Source of the DNA: Candidatus Omnitrophota bacterium
GTDB taxonomy: Bacteria > Omnitrophota > Gorgyraeia > Gygaellales > Profunditerraquicolaceae
DNA: 52,228 bases
Direction of reading: 5' to 3'
NCBI GenBank assembly: GCA_028718245.1
Contig: JAQUME010000002.1
Location: 1 to 52,228 of the forward strand
A program made the translations under genes and the position numbers. How positions within the stretch are numbered: the stretch's first letter is position 1; the number at the start of each line of letters is the position of its first letter. Under the pieces are notes generated by a model, which was given only the letters and a program-made list of their open reading frames with translations, did no database searches and was not told the origin of the DNA. Below, piece after piece: positions 1 to 7,726 of this stretch.

Positions 1-74
1 GCTCCCCCTCTAGGACTCGAACCTAGGACCTGGAGATTAACAGTCTCTCGCTCTACCAACTGAGCTAAGGGGGA
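1..74 (-). tRNA. tRNA-Asn (anticodon GTT); 3' end at window edge
   Basis: Reverse complement gives acceptor TCCCCCT...AGGGGGA, D-arm GCTCAGTTGGTAGAGC, anticodon loop CTGTTAA and T-arm CTAGGTTCGAGTCCTAG. Confidence 0.9.
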
Positions 75-95
75 ATTGTGAGTGGTATTTTAACA

Positions 96-2021
96 TTAGA
101 TAATCCGGCTTTCAAGGGCTTTTATTTCCTCATCAAGCAGGGTATTTTGCCTTTCGATCTCCTTCATCCGCCTGCCGTACTCCCTGGCCGTCTCTTCATC
201 GCGGTAAAAATGCGGGTTGGAGAGGGCGCGCGCCTTGGCATAGCTTTCCAGCTCCAGCGCCTCCTTCTTTTTCTCGAGCTTATTGATCTTTTCACGGATA
301 GCGGCATTGTGAGTCTTGCGCTTCTTCTCTTCCTCTTTGCGCAGGCGCTCCATTTCTTTTGCTTTTTCTTTTGTTTCATCAACTTGCTTGCGGGCTAAAG
401 TTTTTGCCTTATGCTGCGGCGAAACCTCGGTAAAGCTGTCCCGCTTCTCAAGGTAATAATCAAATGAACCGGGAAATTTCCTGATCCTGCCGTTCTTGAC
501 CTCAAAGACATTGTTGGCTACGGAGCGGGTAAAATAGATATCGTGGCTGATGAAAACGATCGTCCCTTCATACCCTTTCAGGGCGCGCACCAAAGCATCA
601 ACCGCATCCACGTCAAGATGCGTGGTCGGCTCATCTAAAAGCAGACAATTGGGAGGATCGATCAAAAGCTTTGCCAGAATAAGCCGGCTCTTCTCTCCTC
701 CGGATAGGACTTTGACCTTTTTTCCCGCGTCATCGCCGGTAAACAAGAAAGCGCCGAGAATGGTCCTCACCGTCTCCTCCCCCATATAACCGGGGACAGC
801 TGAATAGGCTTCATCCAAAACAGTGTTCTCCACGTTCAGCACATCCGTGCGCGTCTGGGAAAAATAGCCGATATCCACATTGTGCCCGACGATGCGGCTG
901 CCGGAATCTATCGGAACGATACCTGCCAGTATCTTTAAAAGGGTGGATTTTCCCGCGCCGTTCTCTCCTGCCAGGACCGCCTTCTCCCCCTGGGTGATCT
1001 CAAAGTCCAGTGCCTCATAAACCCGGATATCTCCGTATGACTTAGAGACCCCCTGCAGGGTGATCACCCGGTGGCCGGATTTCCGGGTTTGAGGAAAAGA
1101 AAAATTGCCGATACTCTCCCGCGGGTCAGAAGGCACAATTATCTTTACATCCTCCATTTTTTCCAGGACCCGGCGCTTTGCCCGCACTGAAGCTGCTTTG
1201 TTCGGCTGGGCGTGGAACCGCTCTACAAATCTTTCCAGCTGTTTGATCTTTTTATCCTGCTCCTTAAACTGCTTTTCCAGATGCGTGCGCTTCTGCGCTT
1301 TTATCTCCTCGTAATGCTCATAATTGCCGTGCACCTTGGCGATCGAGCCGTTCTCCAGGATAAGCGTATAATTGGTAACATCGGTCAAAAATGCCTTATC
1401 GTGGGATATCATGATAAATGTCCCCTGGAAACCCGCCAGGTAATCCTTAAGCCATAACGCGGCGTTCAAATCCAGGTAATTGGTCGGTTCATCCAGGAGA
1501 AGCAGGTCATAATGATAGGTAAGCAGTTTGCCCAAAAGCGCGCGCATCTGCCAGCCGCCGCTCATCTGGTTTATGGGCCGGCTGTAATCCTTCTCCTTAA
1601 AACCCAGTCCGGAGAGTATCTTCTTGGCCTTATGCTCCAGTTCAAAGAAACCCAAAGTTTCCAACTCATGCAGGACTTCACCGTAATGTTTTGACCCGGC
1701 TTCATTCTTTGACTCAAGCGCTTCCATTTCTTTCTTTAAGCGCATGATCCTTTCATCGCCTTCGGTCAATTCCTCAAGAACAGTGTACTCGGACTTAAAG
1801 CTGGCCTCCTGCGGAAGATAGCCGATATGCACCCCTTTATTCACCCTCACCTCGCCTTTTGAAGGCTCAAGCTCCTGCAGGATCAAGGAAAAAAGCGTAC
1901 TTTTACCGGTGCCGTTGGGGCCGATAAGCCCGATCTTTTCCCCTTGATTGATATTAAGCGAAATATTCTCAAAGAGAACCTTTGGCCCGTAGTTTTTAGA
2001 GAGCTTGATAATGTTGATCAT
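96..2021 (-). CDS. ABC-F family ATPase (Uup/YheS/EttA-like translation-associated factor)
   Basis: Two cassettes with Walker A GPNGTGKST and GENGAGKST, signatures MSGGWQMR and LSGGEKSR, and Walker B LLLDEPTN and LLLDEPTTHLD. No TM segments. Lys/Glu-rich coiled-coil C-terminus. Confidence 0.9.
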   Translation of the reverse strand: MINIIKLSKNYGPKVLFENISLNINQGEKIGLIGPNGTGKSTLFSLILQELEPSKGEVRVNKGVHIGYLPQEASFKSEYTVLEELTEGDERIMRLKKEMEALESKNEAGSKHYGEVLHELETLGFFELEHKAKKILSGLGFKEKDYSRPINQMSGGWQMRALLGKLLTYHYDLLLLDEPTNYLDLNAALWLKDYLAGFQGTFIMISHDKAFLTDVTNYTLILENGSIAKVHGNYEHYEEIKAQKRTHLEKQFKEQDKKIKQLERFVERFHAQPNKAASVRAKRRVLEKMEDVKIIVPSDPRESIGNFSFPQTRKSGHRVITLQGVSKSYGDIRVYEALDFEITQGEKAVLAGENGAGKSTLLKILAGIVPIDSGSRIVGHNVDIGYFSQTRTDVLNVENTVLDEAYSAVPGYMGEETVRTILGAFLFTGDDAGKKVKVLSGGEKSRLILAKLLIDPPNCLLLDEPTTHLDVDAVDALVRALKGYEGTIVFISHDIYFTRSVANNVFEVKNGRIRKFPGSFDYYLEKRDSFTEVSPQHKAKTLARKQVDETKEKAKEMERLRKEEEKKRKTHNAAIREKINKLEKKKEALELESYAKARALSNPHFYRDEETAREYGRRMKEIERQNTLLDEEIKALESRII

Positions 2022-2033
2022 AGATTTAAATGT

Positions 2034-2633
2034 TTAAATCGCGCGGCGGGACTCTAAAGATTTTGAAAGGGTAGTGGCATCGGCGTATTCCAGGTTAGAG
2101 CCCATGGGCAAGCCCAGGCCGATGCGGCTTAAATGTACACCCAGCGGTTTAAGCACTTTAGTAAGGTACAAGGCAGTGGTCTCCCCCTCGGTATCGGCGT
2201 CGGTAGCGATGATCACTTCCTTAATGATCCCCTCTTTTATCCTTTGGATAAGCCCTTCGATCTTGAGATCGCCGGGCCCTCTGCCTTCAAGAGGGGATAT
2301 GGAGCCCAAAAGAACATGATAAACCCCCTGAAAATTCCCCGCCTTTTCAATCGCCGTCACATCTGTCGGCTTTTCAACCACGCAGACGACATCCTTGTTC
2401 CGTTGCAGCCCCTGGCAGATACGGCAGGTTTCCTCTTCGCTTAAATTATTGCAGATGCTGCAGAAACGCACATTTTCTTTTACTTTTGTCAATGAGTCGG
2501 ATAGAACCTTGACCTCATCTTTTGAGGCGCCCAGGATATGGGCGACGATCCGCTCGGCAGAGCGCCTGCCGATACCGGGAAGCCTGATCAAGGATTCCAT
2601 CAGTTTTTCTATTGAGGCGGTATAATTGGCCAT
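2034..2633 (-). CDS. recR: Recombination protein RecR
   Basis: HhH motif RLPGIGRRSAERIV, C4 zinc finger CSICNNLSEEETCRIC, and a Toprim region (ATDADTEGETTALYL). Confidence 0.95.
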   Translation of the reverse strand: MANYTASIEKLMESLIRLPGIGRRSAERIVAHILGASKDEVKVLSDSLTKVKENVRFCSICNNLSEEETCRICQGLQRNKDVVCVVEKPTDVTAIEKAGNFQGVYHVLLGSISPLEGRGPGDLKIEGLIQRIKEGIIKEVIIATDADTEGETTALYLTKVLKPLGVHLSRIGLGLPMGSNLEYADATTLSKSLESRRAI

Positions 2634-4183
2634 TAATCTTCCCTGACTATCCTTCCCCCGAACATATCAAGGGCGGATCTGATAAATGGGTTATTGTGGG
2701 CATCTGTTTCCTGCCTTGCCTGACTGGCCAGTACAAAATGCAGACGGAGGCTGGCATTGCATGATTCGGAAACGGCTTTTTCAATGATCAATTTATTTTC
2801 CTTGCGCTCCAGGGACTCTTTATGCAAGGAGTAATTCTTGGGGAAAGCCACCGTCAGGACATCCCCCTGCACCCTGGTCGGCTCCCCTTCGCTTAAATAG
2901 GTGGATACCGACATCTTGATCTTGGCCAGGTTATTGACGATATTGCCCCAGGCGTTCTTTACGTTATCCAAAGATACCGAAGGATCCTGGCCGGGAGATT
3001 CTTTGCTCACTTTCTCCGGAGAGGCCGCTTCCTTCTTTTCAGAATGAGGCGTTTTTGATCTTGGCTCAACAGGCGGCGGGGGAACTTTCGCCTGCTTCCT
3101 GTCATGGGAGAGCCTGACTAAACTTATTTCAAGCGGTATGCGCTGGGAATCCAGGCGCCTGGACATCTCCTGCGTGGATACTAAAATATTAAAGGCGATG
3201 AAAATATCTTCTAATGATAAAGCCTGGCTCTGTTTAAAGAGCCGGTCGCAAATATCCTGAGGCAGATCAACCAGCTTTGAGTCCGCCTTGGAAACTTTTG
3301 CCACCATCAAATTCCGGAAATGCTCGATAAGGTTAGAGAGGAATACCCCCGGGTCCTTGCCGTCATCAATGATCTCATTAAAAAGCTGTAATGCCCCTTG
3401 CGGATCCTTTTGGATTATCTTATCGGTAAGGGAAAACAAAACATCCTGCTCAACCATTCCCAGAACGGTGACGGCATCCTTAAGCGAAACTTTTTCCCTT
3501 GAGAAAGAGACCAGCTGGTCCAGGACGGATTCGGCGTCCCTTAATGAGCCGTCGCTGCTTTTGGCGATCGCCGAGAGGACCTCTTTATCTACCGAAAGCT
3601 TCTCATCGCGCACGATCTTTTCCAGTTGAGCAATGATCTCAATGACCGGGATCCTCCGGAAATCCATGCGCTGGCAGCGGGAGATGATCGTGGGCATTAC
3701 CTTCTGCGGATGGGTCGTGGCAAAAATGAATTTTACGAACTCCGGCGGCTCCTCAAGAGTTTTCAGCAACGCGTTAAAGCCGTCCGGGGTTATCTGGTGC
3801 ACCTCATCAATGATATAAACCTTGTATTTTCCCAGGGTCGGGGCGAACTTCACATTCTCGCGCAAGGCCCTGATCTCGTCTATGCCGCGGTTGGAGGCGC
3901 CGTCGATCTCAATGACATCCAGGGAGCGTCCCCGGTTTATCTCCAGGCACGAAGGGCATTTCTGGCAGGGCTTTACCGTAGGGCCATCTTTACAGTTAAG
4001 CGCCTTGGCCAGGATCCTGGCGGTCGAGGTCTTGCCGACCCCGCGGGGCCCGGTAAAAAGATAGGCGTGGGCAAGGCGGTTTTTCTGGATGGCGTTTTTA
4101 AGGGTGGCCGTGATATGGGCCTGGCCGACGACACTTTCAAAATCCTGCGGCCGCCATTTAAGGGCGAAAACAGTATAAGGCAT
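2633..4183 (-). CDS. dnaX: DNA polymerase III subunit gamma/tau
   Basis: Walker A GPRGVGKTS, Walker B IIDEVHQIT and sensor SRCQRMDF, followed by a Pro/Lys-rich linker and C-terminal domain. Stop overlaps the recR start (TAATG). Confidence 0.95.
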   Translation of the reverse strand: MPYTVFALKWRPQDFESVVGQAHITATLKNAIQKNRLAHAYLFTGPRGVGKTSTARILAKALNCKDGPTVKPCQKCPSCLEINRGRSLDVIEIDGASNRGIDEIRALRENVKFAPTLGKYKVYIIDEVHQITPDGFNALLKTLEEPPEFVKFIFATTHPQKVMPTIISRCQRMDFRRIPVIEIIAQLEKIVRDEKLSVDKEVLSAIAKSSDGSLRDAESVLDQLVSFSREKVSLKDAVTVLGMVEQDVLFSLTDKIIQKDPQGALQLFNEIIDDGKDPGVFLSNLIEHFRNLMVAKVSKADSKLVDLPQDICDRLFKQSQALSLEDIFIAFNILVSTQEMSRRLDSQRIPLEISLVRLSHDRKQAKVPPPPVEPRSKTPHSEKKEAASPEKVSKESPGQDPSVSLDNVKNAWGNIVNNLAKIKMSVSTYLSEGEPTRVQGDVLTVAFPKNYSLHKESLERKENKLIIEKAVSESCNASLRLHFVLASQARQETDAHNNPFIRSALDMFGGRIVRED

Positions 4184-4187
4184 AGCT

Positions 4188-4496
4188 TTAGAAATACGCG
4201 GAATATCTTAAAACAAAAATAGCCATCAATGAGTAAGCTATGCAGATCAAGCCGAGTAGCTTACGCCTTTTCACGATCTTCTCATGATAAGTGTAAATAT
4301 TGCTCTCCAGCTTGGGGAAGATCTTGAATTTTATGCCGCCGACCTCTTTGGCGAGCTTTGTTTCAAGAGTGTCGTATTTGCGGTATCCCAGCAAGAGTAT
4401 GCCTGTAATAAACGACACTACTCCGGTCCAGAAAACGATCTCGCGCAAGATATAAATAATAGTGCCTAAATCCAGGTCCGTTATAACCATATTCAT
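4188..4496 (-). CDS. Hypothetical small membrane protein
   Basis: 102-aa ORF with two hydrophobic segments, sitting 5 nt upstream of the dnaX start. No recognisable family. Confidence 0.5.
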   Translation of the reverse strand: MNMVITDLDLGTIIYILREIVFWTGVVSFITGILLLGYRKYDTLETKLAKEVGGIKFKIFPKLESNIYTYHEKIVKRRKLLGLICIAYSLMAIFVLRYSAYF

Positions 4497-4581
4497 TTTA
4501 ACCCCTCCTCTCTTTTTTTGTCAACGACCCCATTGCAATCTCCGAATCTTTACCGCTTTTTCTTCGGACCCGTCTGCAACC

Positions 4582-4591
4582 AATTCGAACC
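4582..4591. repeat. Left copy of 10-bp direct repeat AATTCGAACC (proposed attL core)
   Basis: Identical 10-mer at 22748..22757 in the same orientation. Its context ACCAATTCGAACC (4579..4591) is the exact reverse complement of 22785..22797. The composition shift to AT-rich DNA begins just to the right. Confidence 0.6.
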
Positions 4592-4795
4592 GCAGGCGAG
4601 ATCCAAGTAAAAATTGTTATTCATTCACTTCAACGAACCCCATTATACCAAAAACTAGCTAAAAAGGTAGCAGAATTATCTTTGCTTGGAATGTCACTTA
4701 GGGCGATAGCTAAAAGTTTAAAAACCAGCAAGAAAACTGTAACTAACGCCTATTTATATTACGGGAAAAACACTCCTAAGCGACAATCCAGCTAA
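4583..4795 (+). other. Start-less open frame encoding a resolvase-type HTH; proposed displaced 3' segment of the serine recombinase gene
   Basis: Frame is open from 4502 to TAA at 4793..4795, with no ATG before 4691. It translates to IRTAGEIQVKIVIHSLQRTPLYQKLAKKVAELSLLGMSLRAIAKSLKTSKKTVTNAYLYYGKNTPKRQSS. The IRT codons within the repeat are in the same phase as the recombinase ORF at 22749..22757. Confidence 0.45.
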
Positions 4796-4839
4796 TGTTC
4801 CTCTATTTTCTGTCGTTTTTGTCGTGTTTTTAGATGGCC

Positions 4840-5541
4840 TTAGTTATGTAACCTATTGATGACAAACACGCTACAATAAAGTTTTGTAAATGCAGCGACA
4901 TCTCCAGCCATCGCCTTCTGTCTTTTATTTTCCGCATCATAACCCTTTGCCATTTTTTCAAGTATAACTTCTGTCTCCTTAGTCCTGGCCTTAAAAACAT
5001 CATAAGCACCCTGCCATTGCTGTGAATTTAATGAACTCACTAGTTTTTTTACTGATTCCGTTGTTCTTTTCTCCACCTCTTCTGTCTCTTCTTTTATACT
5101 CTCGACAGCGTCTAAACCTTGTTCTCTGCTCAGATATCCTAAGCGACTTAAAAACACAAGTGTGTTCATTTCAATTTGATCACACATGAAAATTGTACGA
5201 GCTTTTTCATAATCCGACAAATTGTCCGAATATGATAGGCGCCATAATCTCTGATAGCGCAATCTTGAATTACTAAGTATTTCTCCCAGTAGTTCGTCTT
5301 GAAAATTTACTCCAATTTCTAAAGAATTCTCTGACCGTACATTTGCTATATACCGCTCTACTGTCCTGATGCATACTTGCAATATCTCTGCTATGTCTTC
5401 TTTTTTATATCCTCGTCTACTTTTATAATACACAGCTAATTTCTCTAATACTGCCTTGTCCAACATTTTAGGATCAATTTTACGATTCTCAATCTGTTGT
5501 GCTACCTCTGGTATCGATAAATCTTTACTGTTGTTTTCCAC
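4840..5541 (-). CDS. Hypothetical protein with N-terminal HTH
   Basis: 233 aa. HTH-like segment KKEDIAEILQVCIRTVERYIANV. SD-like GGAGGGAG lies 3 nt upstream of the ATG. The rest is helical and acidic with no recognisable family. Confidence 0.5.
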   Translation of the reverse strand: MENNSKDLSIPEVAQQIENRKIDPKMLDKAVLEKLAVYYKSRRGYKKEDIAEILQVCIRTVERYIANVRSENSLEIGVNFQDELLGEILSNSRLRYQRLWRLSYSDNLSDYEKARTIFMCDQIEMNTLVFLSRLGYLSREQGLDAVESIKEETEEVEKRTTESVKKLVSSLNSQQWQGAYDVFKARTKETEVILEKMAKGYDAENKRQKAMAGDVAAFTKLYCSVFVINRLHN

Positions 5542-5571
5542 AGCTCCCTCCTTTGCTAAAAGTGGTTAATA

Positions 5572-5621
5572 AACAAAAAACGGCCATTGAGATAAATTCC
5601 AATACAAATCTCAATAGCCGT
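5572..5621 (-). terminator. Rho-independent terminator-like hairpin downstream of the 5746..6198 gene
   Basis: 14-bp arms ACGGCCATTGAGAT (5580..5593) and ATCTCAATAGCCGT (5608..5621) with one mismatch. On the minus strand they are followed by TTTTTTG (A-run 5575..5580 on plus). Confidence 0.6.
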
Positions 5622-5745
5622 CTGTTATTTTCCGGCAACTACTATGCTACTTTTCGCTAGCTACATTACAAGATCCTAAAATCTAATTAAATTATAACTC
5701 TCTATAAAACCCCGTCAAGTAAAAACTGAACCTCTAACCAAATAA

Positions 5746-6198
5746 TCACAATCCTAAAAGGCTCCATCGATTAAGAAATTTTTCTTCATCATCCCTAAAA
5801 GTTCTCATTGAGGTCTGATTATGTTTCTGACCCTTCTGCCCAAGAGTCTTAAGCCATTTTCGATTATGTTTTTTTATAGAATCGGCAACAACTTTACTAG
5901 GGACAATATAGAAATCCGCAGGCTCTCCATAATTCAAACTGACGAATGCGTAAAAAAGATTTGCGGCATAATACTTTTCCGCTTTCTCATTGAGCACCCA
6001 TGCCGATCCTTTACTATACCGAGTCTTTACTTGTATGGCTACGCTTCTTTCGGCTTTCTCATTTGTTGCAAGAATATCTACTCCCTTTGAATTCCGAAGC
6101 GTTATTGAAGCAATATACCCACGCCTAGAAAGCTCGCCAGCTACTAAATATTCGCCGGCCACTCCTGATAAAACTGAATTCAGTTTACCATTCTTCAT
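5746..6198 (-). CDS. Small PD-(D/E)xK-type nuclease-fold protein (Hjc/YraN-like)
   Basis: 150 aa. Motifs GVAGEYLVAGELSRRGY, GVDILA (Asp) and AIQVKT (QxK in place of ExK) have the spacing typical of restriction-endonuclease-like folds. The C-terminus is basic. Confidence 0.5.
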   Translation of the reverse strand: MKNGKLNSVLSGVAGEYLVAGELSRRGYIASITLRNSKGVDILATNEKAERSVAIQVKTRYSKGSAWVLNEKAEKYYAANLFYAFVSLNYGEPADFYIVPSKVVADSIKKHNRKWLKTLGQKGQKHNQTSMRTFRDDEEKFLNRWSLLGL

Positions 6199-6211
6199 AG
6201 CTCAAATAATA

Positions 6212-6231
6212 ACACCGTATTCATACGGTGT
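6212..6231. promoter_or_regulatory. Operator-like perfect palindrome ACACCGTA-TTCA-TACGGTGT
   Basis: 8-bp perfect inverted arms with a 4-nt spacer. It lies in the 66-bp divergent intergenic region, 14 nt from the nuclease start codon. Confidence 0.6.
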
Positions 6232-6257
6232 CAAGACTAATAGAATTCTGGGATAAT

Positions 6258-6277
6258 ACACCGTATGGATACGGATA
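6258..6277. promoter_or_regulatory. Second operator-like site ACACCGTA-TGGA-TACGGATA overlapping the XRE start codon
   Basis: The left arm is identical (8/8) to the 6212 site and the right arm matches 5/8. The ATG of the XRE gene (6265..6267) lies inside the site. Confidence 0.5.
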
Positions 6278-6480
6278 TAAGATTAAAATTGGCTAAGAGA
6301 ATAAAAGAGTTAAGGAAGAAAAAGGGTCTGACTCAAGAGCAGCTATCTGAACAGTCTGGAATTGATTACAAACACATACAACTTTTAGAGAGCAATAAAG
6401 CATCTGCCGCAAAGCTAGATACGATTGAGAAGCTTGCCAAAGCCTTCAATATGAGCCCTTCAAAATTGCTGAAATTTTAG
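6265..6480 (+). CDS. XRE-family HTH regulator (controller/antitoxin-like)
   Basis: 71 aa. Canonical Cro/C1-type HTH LTQEQLSEQSGIDYKHIQLLESNK. Divergent from the small nuclease gene. Confidence 0.85.
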   Translation: MDTDIRLKLAKRIKELRKKKGLTQEQLSEQSGIDYKHIQLLESNKASAAKLDTIEKLAKAFNMSPSKLLKF

Positions 6481-6517
6481 ATAAAATTCTGCCTCAATGA
6501 TTAAGCTCTCGAACAAA

Positions 6518-6991
6518 TTACTTCTTAACATATTTACTCAATAAATATAATCCTATTACTATAACTGCAATTACAAGTAAAACGCGTAAGAATTCTTTAC
6601 TTTCAAATTGTAATTTTAATTTCTCTATATAGTGATTTGCGTTTATATATGTCAAATCTGGATTACTTTTATCAAATTCAATATATTCTCTCCCTGCCAA
6701 TAATCCTTTCAAGGTAATACCTTTCTCTACAATAGGTATAAAAGGAATGTATAATGCTTTTGCGGTAGCAATTTCCTGATTTACGATTTCTGACCTCGAT
6801 CCATTTTGAGTTAATATTGCCAAAACACAATTACTATCTTTTATATTTGATTCGATCTTCTCCCACAAGTCCAATCCAGGCCTAGCATCAGATAAAGCGA
6901 CATAAGCTTCAATTCCTCTGTGCTTCAAAATATTGGTGAAATCATTGACCAAATCCATATCTTTCGTACTATGACTTATAAATACTTTCAT
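6518..6991 (-). CDS. TIR-domain protein with C-terminal transmembrane helix
   Basis: N-terminus KVFISHSTKD is typical of bacterial TIR (TIR_2-like). A conserved Glu context SRSEIVNQEIATAKAL is followed by IPFIPIV. The C-terminal hydrophobic helix is FLRVLLVIAVIVIGLYLLSKYV. Confidence 0.7.
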   Translation of the reverse strand: MKVFISHSTKDMDLVNDFTNILKHRGIEAYVALSDARPGLDLWEKIESNIKDSNCVLAILTQNGSRSEIVNQEIATAKALYIPFIPIVEKGITLKGLLAGREYIEFDKSNPDLTYINANHYIEKLKLQFESKEFLRVLLVIAVIVIGLYLLSKYVKK

Positions 6992-7090
6992 TACATCGCT
7001 CCGTTTTTAAAGATTAGTGTAATTAAAAAAAGCGAAGCATTAAAAAATAAAACCTACGGGCTATCAAATAAACACGGCTAAATCTCACGC

Positions 7091-7726
7091 CTAAAAAGCA
7101 TCAATGAGGGCTAAAATTGTCTCAATTATCGCAGGATCATCTTCTCTTGTTAATCTTAAAGTAAGTTTATCAATTGAAATTGCATTATTATTGATATTCA
7201 ACTCAAAAGCTCTATCTAAAGCGAGCTTTGTTCTGTCTAATTTATAAAATTCAATAGTTCGCCTTCCTTTTAATGAATTGTTCTTCGGAATTATTAATAA
7301 CTCCTCTATAAAATCAATGTGATCCGGATAATCATCGAAATAAGGATGGACAATATTAAACTCCTCCCCTCTCATCGGATAATCAACGCAAACAGGATCT
7401 ATTAAAGTAGAACGTTGCCCTTTCCCAAAATTGCACAGTTGACATGAATAAGCTAAATTATGAGATACAAAGGTAAATTCCTCCCTGGAACCTTTAGGAA
7501 CGATGTGTTCAATATGGGGATAAAATTGCCCACTTGGCACATGTAATCTACAAAAAGCGCATCTGTCATTTTGCTGCCTTCTTAAATGCTCTCTTATCCT
7601 ATCCTTTACTTCTTTATAATGCTTATCTTTCCAAGGCTTACCTAATGCACGTCCAGTAATTATGATTTCATTATCATGCTGTGTAAAAACGTAAGGATTG
7701 TTAATTCTCCAATTATAGTTTATCAT
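7091..7726 (-). CDS. ptuB: HNH endonuclease, Septu PtuB-like
   Basis: CAFC...HIEHIVPK...N...CQLCNFGKG, i.e. an HNH/His-Me finger with two CxxC pairs. It overlaps the upstream ATPase gene by 14 nt. Confidence 0.65.
   Translation of the reverse strand: MINYNWRINNPYVFTQHDNEIIITGRALGKPWKDKHYKEVKDRIREHLRRQQNDRCAFCRLHVPSGQFYPHIEHIVPKGSREEFTFVSHNLAYSCQLCNFGKGQRSTLIDPVCVDYPMRGEEFNIVHPYFDDYPDHIDFIEELLIIPKNNSLKGRRTIEFYKLDRTKLALDRAFELNINNNAISIDKLTLRLTREDDPAIIETILALIDAF

Noticed and set aside
2633-4183. A programmed -1 frameshift site (A AAA AAG type) in dnaX producing gamma.
   Set aside because: I did not find a slippery heptamer in the coding strand on visual inspection. This was not an exhaustive check.
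4570-4600. CCAATTCGAACC looked like a tRNA T-arm (GGTTCGAA) remnant, i.e. a duplicated tRNA 3' fragment as at tyrosine-integrase islands.
   Set aside because: The flanks do not form a T-stem or acceptor stem on either strand. The real tRNA-Ser is intact, and the repeat lies outside it.
4520-4649. Direct repeat TCAACGA(A)CCCCATT at 4520 and 4630 flanking the att core, and ATACCAAAA-like strings near both island ends, as possible recombinase accessory sites.
   Set aside because: The matches are short and imperfect, and I cannot assess their significance by eye. Noted only as something to test if the att sites are mapped.
6518-6991. The TIR gene as Thoeris ThsB.
   Set aside because: No ThsA (SIR2/SLOG or TM/Macro) partner is present in the island, and the TIR protein carries its own TM helix.
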